Below, piece by piece: positions 25,748-39,249 of a DNA stretch of 64,000 nucleotides. Every line of letters begins with the position of its first letter. Positions within the stretch are counted from its first letter, which is position 1. Made by a program: the position numbers and the translations under genes. Where the stretch lies: NCBI GenBank assembly GCA_013239625.1, contig MU053873.1, positions 2,990,524 through 3,054,523 of the forward strand, written 5' to 3'. The notes beneath the pieces are model-generated. The model had not been told where the DNA came from, searched no databases, and saw only the letters and a list, made by a program, of their open reading frames with translations. This DNA is from Lama guanicoe. Lineage: Eukaryota.

Positions 25748-26399
25748 CAGCCCAGCTGGCTGGGCTGGGAGTAGTTATTAACTCTTCCTGCAGTCGGTGG
25801 ACACTGCTGAGTCTTCCTGGAAGGCCACCGGCCACCCTATCTCCATATCAGAAAGCTCACAACATTCATCTGTCCCTATACCGGGACCCCTCCAGAAGTG
25901 CACAGGCGACAGTGTGCAGCTTACTCAGTAAGACCAGCCTCAGGCTTTCCCCAGCCCACGGAGAGAGCTTTACTGAGAGTCCACTTGGCCATTCCAGTTA
26001 CATGAAATGGAACACCTGGCAAGCAATTAAGTTACATGTACACATCACCACGCCAACGTACATACTTATATTTCCAACAGGAATTTATGGAGCACCTACT
26101 ATGTGCCAGACCTGGCCTTAGGCACTGGAGATCAGTAGTAAACAAGACAGTCGAATGCCCCACCCTCCCAAACCGACATTCTAGTTGGGGACCTAGAGGT
26201 ACCTATGAAAAGAAATAAGTAACAAGGTAATTCTGTTTTTCATAAGTGCTTTGAAGGAAATAAGGGGATGTAACAGAGTGAGCCTGAGTGTATGTGTGGG
26301 AGGGGGTGTATGTATCTATATTTACGGCTATGTATGCACCCCCCTCAACATATCTCAGACTCCGTCCCTCACTGTGTTCTGCTGACAGATACCATCCAA

Positions 26400-27300
26400 T
26401 CTATGTCAGTGTTGCAAGAGCCCTAGACCTGGGCTTGTTCAGTCTCCAAAATCCTTCCCATCCCTGTGAACGGTACCACTCGATCCAGCCAGTCACTCAA
26501 GCAGTCACCAGGGGGGAAAACCTTTATTCTGTTTCCTCCCTTTCCCCCCACATTTTATCCACCAGCGAATCTACTGACTTTAGTTTCAAAACAGACCTTG
26601 AACCCGCCACCTCTCTCCATTTCCACATCTTCCGCTCAAGTGCAAGCTGCCATTCGGCCTCCCCGGATGACTCTAACAGCTTCCCTGCTGGTCTCCCTTC
26701 ACAGTTCATTCTCCACCCAGCAGCCAAAGTGAGATTTCAAAAATGGAACTCAGACTCCATCCCTCACTCCTCTGCTTAACACCTCTCAGTGGCTGCCTCC
26801 AACTGTTCTTAGATTGCCTCCAAACACTTACTGCGAGAGCCTGGCTGCATCTCTCAATCCATTTCTGACCATGCCTGCCCTCAGTTACCATGCTCCAGCC
26901 ACAATGGCCTTGGTTCTGACTCCAGCAGGATAAACTCACTCCTTCCTCAGGGCCTTTGCACATGCTGTTTCCTTTGCTCTTGGCCTGACAAACCCCTACT
27001 CACCCATCAGATCTTAGTTTAAAGTTTGCCTCCTCCGGGAGGCCCTCCCTGACTATCTTGATTCCCCAGTTCCAGCACCCTGGTTGATGCCTTTACAGCC
27101 CTTTGATCCCTATTGGCAATTGTGTGTGCGTGCATATTTATACATTTAACTTGATTACTGTTTTTTGCCTCTTATAGACTGAACTTCATGACAGCAGAGA
27201 GCACATCTATTTGGTTGCAACTCTGTCACCAGCATCTGTCCAGGAGCATAGCATAGAGAGAAAGTGCTAAGATAGTTCCCTTTTCTAAATGAACAAATAA
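26400..27300 (+). mobile_element. L2 3' region
   Basis: cctcagggcctttgcacatgctgtttcc...cctcctccgggaggccctccctgact and other L2 hallmarks. Confidence 0.75.
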
Positions 27301-27314
27301 ATATAATAAAATAG

Positions 27315-27550
27315 CTAGAACTTGCTGAGTGCTTACGACTTCCCAAGCACAGTGCCAAACAACGAACACAGGACCTCATCTCATCTTCATGATAGACCCA
27401 ACGAGGCAAGTGTTACTCTCCCCATTTCAGAAATGAGTAAACTGAGGTTCAGAGAGAGGCGCTGATAAGACCAAAGTCACACAGCTAGGCAGTGGCTAGG
27501 CTGAAGTTAGAACTAAGCCCACTCTGACCCAAAGCTGGGCTTTTAAATCA
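27315..27550 (-). mobile_element. MIR SINE
   Basis: cccatttcagaaatgagtaaactgaggttcagagag...aaagtcacacagctag. Confidence 0.8.
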
Positions 27551-30004
27551 TTGTGTAATTCCTAACACCTTGAGTTTTAGAACGCTTCTCCACCCCTGCC
27601 TACTTTATGTATGAGGAGTATTTCACCCAAAGGCAGCAGGCATATCAAAGGTAGCTTGAGAGTTTGAGGGGCACTTCAGGAGAGCTCAGTCTGGCCAGTC
27701 TTGAAAAATCCAGCAAAGTCCAGTTATCGGAACAACCAGAGCAGAGCAGACAAAGGGGGAACGAAAATAACTCTCCACACTGAGTCATTCTCGACTATGC
27801 CTGGGAGGCTCTGCAGGACATGTGAGATGTGCTCCAGCACAGGGCATCTCCCTATTGCTTTATGCCCCACACAAAACTTTACTAAAAAGAATATGTCAGT
27901 GGGAGTAGCTGGCCCTAAGATGAGATGATGCAAACATCTATCATTCGTTGGATGTCCTCAGCACTCAGTCAATATCCTTACGCGCGTTTGTATCCACACA
28001 AAGCCCTTCCAGGTGGGAAGGAACTCCTCCTATTCCCGCTTTACAGGTGAGGAGGTTAAGGGATACAGGCATTTGCTCCAGCTTGCATAGCTTGTAAATG
28101 GTGGATCTTGGATTCCAATCGAGATAGGTAAAGGTCCAGAGTTCTCTTTCCTATACCGTCAGGGATACCCCCAATGGTTGATTCATATGCAGACCCCCAA
28201 ATATGATCATCTGGGTCAGGATTGAAACAGTGACTGGGGATCACAGACAGTTGACGTGCAGTCCAAACTTGCTTGTCAACTCAGAGGTGCAACGTAAGGC
28301 TTTCTGAGTTCAGGGTGGGGATTGACACTCATGGATGCATTTAATCCACACCTCCTTTGCTTCAGGATGCACTAGTTACAACAAAGATATTCAGGACAAT
28401 CATCTTTGACAGGACCATTTCCTTCCATAAAGGCCAAGAAGGTTAACAGAATGAGCTACCCTATATAATAGCACCATATCCCGCCAAAAATGCCTTGTTT
28501 TTTCCATCTGTGAACTAGGAATTGTGGGCGTATGGTCTAGTTGCATCTAAGGTTGCTTTCAGTCCCAAAGTTCTTGCCTCCAATCTTTGAGGCTGCTCTT
28601 CTCTGAGCCTGCAATGCCCTACTCTCTTCCATTTTTGCTAAGTTTTACTTGTCTTCTTGGATTCAGCTCAGGAATCACCTCCTCCAGGAAGCCTTCCTCA
28701 AATCCTAGTCTGGGTCAGGCGCATCCTTGGCTGTCTATGGCTTATGTCTATCACAGGACACATTGAGGTTTGTCAAAATTGTCTGCTTATACATCCAGTC
28801 TCCCCATCAGTCCCCGAGTCTCTTGGGGGCAAGGATTCTGTCCTAGATAACGTCTTTCCTTTGACAAGCAGCACAGTTCCTGACCCAAGAGACACCCAGC
28901 ATGGGTGCACTGTCCACACGGCACCACCGTCTCCAACATGATTATTATTCCTGGAAGAATTTGACCCAAACAGCTACAGGGAATTGAACAAAACTGAATG
29001 CCATGGCAAGCCTAAACATCACAGAGACTCAAGAAGCATACAGAAATATAAAGAGAAAATGGCTTTTCAAAATTGTAACAAAGGGAAGAAAAGATTCGCA
29101 TTGGCTGTTAACACAGGCTTTGCTGGTGTGGTGCGGTGGGGACAGGATAATTTTCTCTACACATCTCCCCAGTGTTCAAAAATGTCAAATAAAGAAAAAA
29201 AAGAAATTGTAAAAATAGTACCTTTTCGATTCATGCATTTCCCACTATTTTAGGACAATGTGACATAATAAGATAGAAGAAAGGCATCAAGCCAGGGTCA
29301 GCCCTTGGCCTTGACACAAACCTGCTTTGTAATCTTGCATGTTACCTCCTCTCTCCGAGTTGTACGTGCTTCATCTTTAAGTAAAGGGAGACAGACCAGA
29401 ATATACACCAAAGGCTCTGATTCATATATATTCCTTAGGCATCGAGCCATGTTTTTCTCACATGGATTTTCTGGTGACAAATTAAGGGTTTTCTTTTTCC
29501 CTGGGGAATTCTCTCATTTCTCCGTGTTCAAAGACACACAAAACTGCTCAGAATTCCCTGCTGTTGTAAGAGCAATTTGCCTTCATTATCCTAAACCCCT
29601 AGCATTTCTTGAAATCTCTTTTTATACAGAAAAAACTGCTCCTGATGTGATCACGGGAGATAAATCTGCTATTTCACATTTCAAAAAGTAATCGAAATGC
29701 TCCCTACTACAGTACGTATGCATTACAATTTATGATGCGCGCTTAAAACTGCCTTCACTGTCCTCTTTCATCTGTCCAGAATTATTGTTTCTATTTAGGA
29801 CAGGAATGCCTAAAGGGGTGAATGTGAAGCAGTTTCTTTAGTGTGATGTTTATGTTTCATGTTGTGTTTCCCTCGTGAAGCGCATTATCTTGGGTTGACC
29901 AGATAGCTCATTTGTGTGACGTCCTTCCTTTTATTCAACTAAGAACTGAAAAAAATATAGGACTAATAATAAAGGACTTGGGAAATGGGCCTATTTTATC
30001 CAGT

Positions 30005-30450
30005 AAGACCTGAAGCCTACAAGCTTTTTAAGAGCCCATGAAAATGTCTGGGAGCTAAAAGCAGTATATTGGTTTCAAAATAATAAAAGAAAACTGCATA
30101 GGCAAAATTAATAAAGGCTCAAATTAAATGGCTCCATAACAGGCCATTATGTCAAACTTAGTATTTTTTAAATTTAGTGTTCATAAAAGTTTCATTATAT
30201 TTGAAAAGAGTTGATGGCTTAAAGTCTCATTTCCCAAGAATTCCTGAGTACGCTTGATGATTTTTCAAGAAATTACAGATAAACATAAATTGAGAACGTT
30301 ATTGCAGTAACAAAATAATTCCAAAAGCATAACTTAAATATTTCCTTTAAAATGTTACAATAAAAATGCATTTAACTTTGTATATGTTGTGAGTTTGGGG
30401 CTCCAGAATAAGACTGCTTAGGGCAAAACAAAGTCTTCAAATGGCCTTGC
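30005..30450. mobile_element. Putative ancient AT-rich DNA transposon (hAT-Tip100-like); family uncertain
   Basis: AT-rich body bounded by gcctacaagctttttaagagcccatgaaaatgt and ggggctcc...gcttagggc ends. Confidence 0.4.
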
Positions 30451-30459
30451 ATATGATGA

Positions 30460-30710
30460 GTTGATGAATGGACAGGTTGATAGACAGATAAATGAAGGGA
30501 TGGATGAACGGATGCATGGGTGGATAACAGACAGATGAATGGAAGGATTCATTAACAGGTGAATGGGTGAAAAGATGGTGGGATGAATGGACCATTGTAT
30601 ATAAGGATACATGAATAGGTGGGTGGATAGATGGACAGATAAATGGATGGATTGATGAATAAGTGGACAGGGATGGATGGGTGGATGGATGGACAGGTGG
30701 ATGGATGGAT
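30460..30710 (+). repeat. Degenerate (TGGA)n simple repeat
   Basis: Tandem ggat/tgga units. Confidence 0.9.
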
Positions 30711-32894
30711 AAAGTTACTTTCCCAATCTCTCTCAGCGAGTTAGTGAATGTGCCCTGATCCATCACTTTCAAGCTATTTCAAGTTACTAAAGCCATGTAA
30801 ATTTAGTCGCAGTTCCTCGAGCGCAAGGACGGGAAGGGTCCCAAGAGCTCATCTGGTACAACTTGCTCATGTTACAGATGAAAAAACTGAGGGCCAGAGA
30901 AAGGAAGAGACTCAGCTGGTGGCACGTTTTCTTCATTCTCATCAAACAGGAGGTTGTTGCTTAAATGTCTGCCTCTTGGAGAGACCTGGCACATGCCTAT
31001 TTCTCAGGCACCTTACGTATTTATAGGATAGTATTTCACAACTGATGACAGCTTGCTGCTAAACTGACACGTCTCTGTCTTGCCAAGCCCCAGGATCCCT
31101 CCTGCACACTTTCCCTACTGTCTCCTGAAAAAGGCAGAAGAGTGGATGGCAGTCTGTGTCTGGGTCCAAGCCACTTTGTAGACTCTGCTGAGGAGAAACA
31201 CATCTGCTTAATTCCTACTCATGCCATCTTACTCTCACCACATACTCTGTCCCTTCCCAAGTCCTTCAGGTATCAAGTGACACAAGGAAGGAAAAAAAGA
31301 AGCTCTAGGCCCCCTAACGTATTAGACTTCTCTGTGCCGTTTTTCTCTTCGTGACAGCATTTTGATTTTCCCTAGGGAAGCCCCCATCCTTCACACTCAA
31401 TCCAGGTGTAAGGGGAGCCCAGGGCTGGCCAGTCAGGTCGTACATCACTCCAGCCCCGGTGACTGGTTTAAACATGAGCACGCAAACCAAGTCTGATTAT
31501 ATAGTACAGATATCAGCCTGCTTAATCCTGCTACAACCCTGTGAAATAGGTACTGGGACAAGTCTCTTTTAAAGATGAGGAAACTGAGGCATGGAGAGGT
31601 TAGATAACTTGCCTGAGATTGCAGAACGGATAAGTGGCAGAGATGTAATCTGAACCCAGGTGGCCTGATTTCAAGGCAGTGCGCCTAATCTTGCAACAGC
31701 CTGCCCTTTAGTATCTGGTGTATACCGTGTCCTCCAAAACTACCAACTGATGGGTTTTCTCATGGATGCTGGAAAATACATGTGTTTGCTCCTGTTCAGT
31801 GCTTAGTTTACAACTCCAAAGTGACTTAATCCCTGGGTGAATTGGACTGAATGACCTCATGTAACTTTATACACACAACAACTCACTTTTCTGAAACTTT
31901 ACTTCCACTCAGCTAAGTGGAAGCCACTAAGAATTAACAAGTGAAAAATGAAAGCTTGCAGTAAAAAAGGTTGCAAAGGGTGGGCTCTAAAGCTGGTGGA
32001 AGTTACGCACAGAAGAATTCCTCACTCTGACTTTGCACACTATTTTTACATGAATGTTATCTGTCTTCTCAGCTCAAAGTAATTTAGAAAACGGTGATCT
32101 GGGAGGAAGTCAGCGGAGCCTCATGGCAAGAGTCACTGACTCATGAGTTAGACTGATCTAGAAGTGAATTCCAGCCATGAAACTGACAAGTAAAAGAGTC
32201 TGCCTTTCTGAGCCTCGGTTTCCTCATCTGTAAAATGGTGGCAATGATCACACCTACCTCTCAGCATTGCTATAAGAAGGAAACTAAATGTTTGGTGTAA
32301 AGTGCCCAGCACATAATAGGTCCTTGATAAATCATATTCATTATGATTGACCAATGGTAAGTTGTTTTTTTTATTTCTTCTCAGGCTCAGTTTCTTCGTT
32401 TATAAATTATGGATTATAACAAAAGTCCTCCTGGGCCATTTCCCAAGGTTGCTGGATAGAGTAGTAAGATAAGAGAAATAAGGATGCTTTTTAAGTGGCC
32501 AAATGCTTAAGTGTAAGGCAGTATTACAATTATTACTTCTAGAGCAGAAGAGATTATACTATTATTAATACTACAATTAATCATCCTTATGACCACTGCT
32601 ATTATGATTACTGCTGCTCCTATAAAAGAATATAATATTAGTCCTTAGGTTCCTGTAATATTTCATAGTAATCTCCTGGGTTAGGAGCGACCACACTTGG
32701 AATGAACACTCAGAATTGTGGCCTCTCTGTTGAACCTGAACCAATGGCACCTCCTTTGTACCTGAAATGAATTTGACAAGGGTCCCTTGGCAGGAGGAGA
32801 CACAGACATAAACTGAGTATAGAGTGGTGAGTACCCAGCATAGCAGCTGCCAAGAACATGGCAATAGCACAATAAATTCTAAATCATGAAAGAG

Positions 32895-33387
32895 TATAAG
32901 ACAGAATAAATTAAAGATAGCTGCCAAGACTCTGGCACCCCTTCATCAAGAATGGGGTCTATTTCCCTTCCCTTTGAATCTAAGCTGGCCTTGAGACTTC
33001 TTTTGACCAACAGAATGCAATGTGCAGTGTCTAAACCTGGCCCCTGCAAGATCTTTAACTTTTGCCTTTGCTCTTGGCACACTCCCTCTTAAAATCCAGC
33101 TGCATGCTGGGAGAAGCCCAAGTCACATGAAAAAGTCACATGAGGGAAAACTGAGATATTCTGGTGATAAGAAACTCCGTTGCCCAACTTATGAATGAGC
33201 CCCTTGAACCTTCTAGGCCAGTGAAGATGCCCAATGACCGTGGCTCTATCCAACCCTACACAGACCACAAGAATCTCCAAGCTGAGCCCTGTCAAACCAC
33301 TGAATCATTTAAGATAATAGATGGTTGCTATTTTAAGCCACTAAGTTTTGAGGGTGTTTTGTTATGCAGCAATAGCTAACTGAAACA
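32895..33387 (+). mobile_element. MLT1 (MaLR, MLT1H/F-like) solo LTR
   Basis: 3' end ttttaagccactaagttttgagggtgttttgttatgcagcaatagctaactgaaaCA. Confidence 0.8.
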
Positions 33388-34228
33388 AAAGGGATGTTAA
33401 TGTGCTCCAATGAGATGTTCCTAACCCAGCTTCAAGGGGCAGGGATGGCTCCCTGGAAGAGAGTGCATGTGGAAGTCATATGGGATTTGTGGGTGACACA
33501 GGTGAGAAAGGGTCCCAGCTCTCACACATGAGTCAACCCTCTTCTCTACATGAAGCTTTTGAGTCCAAGGCCAGTAAGTGGTAAGAACCAGACTTTTAAA
33601 ATCTTTTCTCATCTGAATTGTTCCTCCTCTTTAGGGATCAGCCCCACTTCCCAGGCTCTAAATCAAAATGACAGAGCCTCCAAATTGGCTCAGATGCTCA
33701 TGCATTTGTAAAAATGTCTTTTGCTGGAAAAGGCTTGGTATGTCTAATTTCTGCCCTAAGCACATTTTTATAGTTAAGCTATATTATAAATGTCATTTAA
33801 TTTACCCTGCAATGTCAGACCTACATTAAACCGAGAGCCAGTGATAATATATATAAGATTTTTTTTTTGTACAGTCTGATCAGGGTTTGGGAGGGGTAGA
33901 TTTAATCCTCATTTGTCCAAATTTATATTCTTTTCCTCTCCTCTCTGCTGCTTTTGCTGTGTTCTAGCCACTACAGGGAGGACACAGAAAGCCTTTTAAA
34001 GCACAATTCCAGGTTTGAGGGGGCAAGCCTGGGGACTGATAGGAAATTTGAAACAGTTTGAAGGATCTGGGAATCCTGTGGACTTTTGAGCAGGCTCAGA
34101 GCACCAGCCTTCCTTCCACTGTAGCTGGAGAGAGACTGTGCCAGGAGTGGTGGGCTGGGCTGAATGGAATTCAGATGGCTCCAGATCTTCCCTGGAGGCA
34201 GGAGACAGGTGAGCCTGTTTCGTGGTGG

Positions 34229-34887
34229 TGAGACAGGAAGGAAGAGGGCAGGGCAGAGACTTTAAAGAAATGACACAGCAATTAACACCAAGATGGTGGA
34301 GAATTCAACTTGCAATAGACCTTGAGGCCCAAGATGGTAGGAGATTTGATTCCCAGTAGACCTTGAGCTTCATCATATGCTCACTGTAATACATTAGCAT
34401 GCTAAGTGGCACCCCCACAGGTACTATGGGATGTCTGAGGCTGACCATAAAAGGTCAAAAAGTGGGCGGTGGCTCAGTTCCTGGGAATCCCAGCCCCTTC
34501 CCCAAAGTAGTTGGAATGACCCTCCCACTTGCTAGCACATGAAGTTACCCAGCCCATAAAAGCTAAAAACACCATGCCTCCTGGCCTCTTGCTCCCTCGC
34601 CTTCCAGGACTGCCCGTACTCTGTCTGTGGAATGTGTATCTACTTTTACCTTAAACTAAGCACCCAGCCATGAACTGCATGGCCTTTCTCTTGCCTTTTG
34701 AGATGGTCTGCATTCTTTCTATGGAGTGTAACCTTTCTCTGAATAAATCTACTTTTACTCAACTGTGGCTCACTCTTAAATTCTTTCCTGTGTGACGCCA
34801 AGGACCCTCACTTGGCGGGGAGCATCCCAGGGACCCCACCGAGACCCGGGACACAGACATTCTCTTGTGCCCCATTTTCCTGTATCA
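34229..34887 (+). mobile_element. ERV1 solo LTR, MER41-like
   Basis: TG...CA termini with an 11-bp terminal inverted repeat (TGAGACAGGAA / TTCCTGTATCA), internal tandem repeats, CATAAAA TATA-like box near 34555, AATAAA at 34742; GGTGG flanks both ends (one extra G on the right). Confidence 0.85.
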
Positions 34888-35836
34888 GGGTGGTGGGGTG
34901 AGAGGGTGGGATTAATTCCGTCAAGTCCTGTCTGCAAGGGCTTCCTAAATAATCCCCTCCTCTTCATCGACAGCTTTCCAAATCAGATCAGGCCACTCCC
35001 CTGCTCACAGTGGCCTCTAAGCACAGAGGAATAAACTCCCGACCCCTAAACGTCATTGTGCCCACTTTGTTCTCAACACCCTGGCCACACAGGCTTTTTG
35101 TTAGTTCTCCAAATGCCTCGATCTCTGGCCATTTACCCTGGCTAAGCCCAGAGTCAGATCCTGAGTGCCAACACGTCCCTGGCTCAGCCTGTCCCCTGCA
35201 AGCACGGAAGCTAGAAAGAGGGCTGACGGCGGCAATAATTCATGTCAGGGAGGCCGGCCTGGTGCACCGCAAGCCTGCGCCCCGCGCACAGGAAGCTGGG
35301 TGTGATTGATCACACACTTCATGGGGCACATTTATTTGGCTCATTAAAGGAGTTAACTAGATTTCCAGGGAAGGGAGGAGCAGGAGACCAGGACTGGCCC
35401 CAGGGAAGGGAACATGCTGAGCAGACTCCCACCTCCGCCCAGCTACCGCAGAGGGGCAGCAAATTCTTTTAAAGATGCTCAGACATGGATATAAATCCCA
35501 GGTCTGGGTCTTTCTAGAGCTGTGTGACCTTGTTCAAGTCACTGACCCTCTCCAAGCCTCAGTGGCTCCTGCTGTGAAATCGGAATGACCATCTCTAACC
35601 TGCAGGGCTATGGTGGGGCTTAAATGAGATAGTGGGAGGTGCCTGGCATAGAAATGCAAGCATAGTTATCGTGAATATAGGCATCAAAAAAGGTCATGGT
35701 TTAGGGGTCAGACAATTCAGGCACACTTCGCTGATGCATCAGAAATCTCTGGAGGCAGTATGTAGAGCTTCTTAGGCAGCAAGCAGAGGTGTAGCCTTGA
35801 GTATTTGCTTCTTTGAAAGCTCCCTATGGGATTTTA

Positions 35837-36066
35837 TTTTAGTTTTTTCTTTTAAAAAAATTTTTTTTATTGAAGTGTAGTTGATTTACAATGTTTCAGG
35901 CATACAGCAAAGTGATTCAGGTATACATATACATACAGATATATATTTTCTTTTCAGATTCTTTTCCATTCTGTTATTATAAGAAATTGAATATAGTTCC
36001 CTGTGCTATACAGTAGGTCCTTGTTGTTTATCAATTTTGTATATAGTAACGTGTGTCTGTTAATTA
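35837..36066 (-). mobile_element. Short L1 3' end with about 21-bp TSD, inserted in a MER5-like element
   Basis: ttttattgaagtgtagttgatttacaatgt...gttccctgtgctatacagtaggtccttgttg; flanks AAAGCTCCCTATGGGATTTTA / AAAGCTCTCCATGGGATTTTA. Confidence 0.88.
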
Positions 36067-37979
36067 AAAGCTCTCCATGGGATTTTACTCACAATCCACA
36101 ATTGTGGGAAACATCTGACCCAGCCTAGGCCACTAATGTAGAGATGGAGCAACTGAGGCCCAGAGAGGGACAGCAACGGGCCCAAGGTCACACAGCACAT
36201 CTTTGGCAGTTGTGTCAGCTCCAGAATGCAGATCTCTGACTCCTGGTTGGGTGGTTTTCCTGGCTAGTCCAGGCCAAGGAGTTATGTTGAGTCAGACCAA
36301 GGTGCCTGGCTCTGGCTAAGCCCCCAAAGGCAATGTGAGGGACTCCCCCCTCCCCATGCAGCTCCTACTCTTAAGAGGTTATAAATGCTCTCAGGGTCCC
36401 TGACTCTCTTTTTAAGCATACAGTATATATCCTGAAGTTCCTTGGAAACTCTTTATCTTGTTTATTATCACACACTGACAAGCTGAACCTTTTTTTTTCT
36501 CATTGCAGGGGTAAGGCCATCATTTTCACCCAATTATGCAAATTATTGATTATGTAAATATCACCGCAGGGGATGCAGCCCACCCAGCACAGATATGACA
36601 ATCAATGGATATTTGCTGGACAACTGAATGAACAAATGCGCTGATCAGTAAGTAAAAGACCACAGAGGGTAAGTTCCTTGAGGACTGGTACTGTTTCGGT
36701 TCCAGTGCCTGGACCAGAGCCGAATAGCAGACACTCATGAAATATTTGCTGTTTGTAGTTGAATCTGCGAGTTTCCTGCACCCTGGTGGGAAAGCCAGAT
36801 GCATAAACAAAAACTAAGAACAGTACGGGCTTATTACCATAGCAGGGGTGCCAGCCTGGGACCTTGGCAGAGGCGGAGGGAAAGGAGCGGGGAGGTGAGG
36901 CATTAGGGAAGGGACCCCAGAAGTTTTTTAGACTGTCCAATGTGTCACTTCCTCTGAGCCAGATGTGGGTGACACAGACTTGAAGAGTTCTTTGTCTGTG
37001 ATGAAGACAACTATGCATTAGCACCCACGTTACTCATAAACATTTTCCCCACACTAATTAAGAATGATTACACTTCAGCATTCATTCAACCAACAACTCT
37101 GTATTTACTGAGCTGCTGTTTTTCTGGAGATGCACTGTTGAGAGGTGGGGACTGAGAAACAAGTGCAATATATTCCCTGCCTTGGAGGACCTCGTTGACC
37201 AGAAGGAGAAAACGGCTTTCAAACACATGCATCCGTGGGGAAGTGATTCATGATGATTATAACCCATTTGTTCATGTGTCCCAGTACCGGACACCTGCTA
37301 TTTCTACAGGGGTCTAGGTCCTGAGCTTGAAATAACTCCATGTGGGTACACAGTGATACGGCATCTTTCTGATTCTTTTGTGACATCAACTGTAGGTCTA
37401 GATACATGTTGAATTAACGATGATGATGATGATGATACATGTTACATATTATATCTGTTACTATAATTACTGAGCACCTACCCTGTGTACTAACCATCAT
37501 TCTCTAAATTTTACAGGATTAACTCAAGGATCCTAAATATAATCCTGTGATGTGGGTCCATTGTCATTCTCATTTCACAGCTGAGGAAACTGAGGCCTAG
37601 AGAGGTTAAATAATTTGTCTAAACTTAAACAAGTGGATGAACAAGATGGGTCTGAAGCTTCCTTTAAAAACAACAACAAAATGTTGTTTTTAACCCCAGT
37701 TCAACTAAAAGTATGCAAATTAGCCCCAGCACATCATCTTTGATTTATGCCATAAATTAGGCAAATTTTCCTTCTGAAGACCTGGAAAACTAGGCCTGAT
37801 TCCACAAATTTTGCATTCATTTCCAAGGTGGTTAGCCCCAAATTAGCTTGGTAAACCTGCTTTAAAGAGGGGGATGGAGGGGGAGGCCTGATCAGAAGTC
37901 TTTAGGGAATGAGAAGTGAGAGTAACACTGACCCTCTTCATGTGCAAATCGCTTTATAGTTTCCTGGTGCACTTTCGTA

Positions 37980-38095
37980 TCCAGGGCTGCCAAGTACAGC
38001 TGCATAGGTTGTGCACTGCTTAACTTCTGGGGACTTTTCACATACACTGCAGTAAGAATAGCTCCTCCTGCAGTTGTGCAGGGAATGAGCCATAT
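37980..38095. mobile_element. MER91-like hAT fragment
   Basis: cagggctgcc...gcataggttgtgcactgcttaacttctgggg...gcagttgtgcag. Confidence 0.5.
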
Positions 38096-39249
38096 GCATT
38101 GCATTCTCACAATCCACCCTGTGGAGGGAGGGAGAGGAAGCATTATATTCTCATTTTGCAGATGGAAACCGAAGCTTCAGTTGATAAGATGACTTCCTCT
38201 AGCATTGCACAGCACATAAACAGCAGAATTGGGACTCACATTCAGGCCTGTCTCAGTCCTAATTCAGGGCTGAGTCCACCATTCTCAGAAAGTTCACTCG
38301 GAATACATTCATTCAAACACCTCCTCCCTCTGTCTCCATTATATTAAAGCTTTGGAGAAATCACAATCTTACATAATAGCTGTGTTACTAAAACCATGCA
38401 TAGAACCACATGTTTGAAAAAGCATATCCTGTTTTCCCACTGGCCTCCCTCACTGCTTCTAAATGCATTGCTGTCCTTCCAGAAGAACCTTCCCAAGGAT
38501 GGAGAGGGCTCCTGGGACCCTATCTCAAAGCTTCTCTTCATTTTCTAACCAAGCTTGATTTTCGAGGAGAATGGATCACCTTGAAATGCCTAAATGCATC
38601 ATATTTGAGGACCCTCTCATAAACTGCCCCAAAATGTTTTTTTCTAAGTCAAATTTACCCAAATGATGTGAAGATCTACATTTCCTACAAATGTTTTTCC
38701 TATGTCCCCCCAAATCTGAGTCATTCATGACCATCAAATGCATTTCTTTCTTTTATTTTCTTCCTTTCATTCATTCACTCACTCATCCACTCAACAAAAT
38801 GGCTGAGAATAGAGAGATAATAAGGGTCAACCTCTGGCCCCAAGGTTCTCACTGTCCAGTGAGGAAGAGAAACAAATCAACGGTTACAACACATTGTGAG
38901 AGTTCCCAGCACTCCTGGGTGCATTCATCAGTGAGACCACAGCTTGATGAATATGGGTGCACCGACAAAAGAGTTCCAGAGCCACATCCTCACAATTAAA
39001 AGGGTTGAGGAAGTAACTTATCGAGGTCAGCAGACTAAGTGTGAGAAATGCCATTAGTGGTGATCACTCAATCCAAAGTACAGACCTGAATGGCTCCAGG
39101 TTCTGCCCAGTGTGCGCCTATCACACCAGCCACAGATGACTGGATCAAACGCCAATAGCCAACCCACCGCCTGAGCAGGACAAGCCACATTCCTCTCAGG
39201 AACCTGAATCAGGAAACACCAAGAGTCTGAGTGTTAGGAGGTCTGTCGG

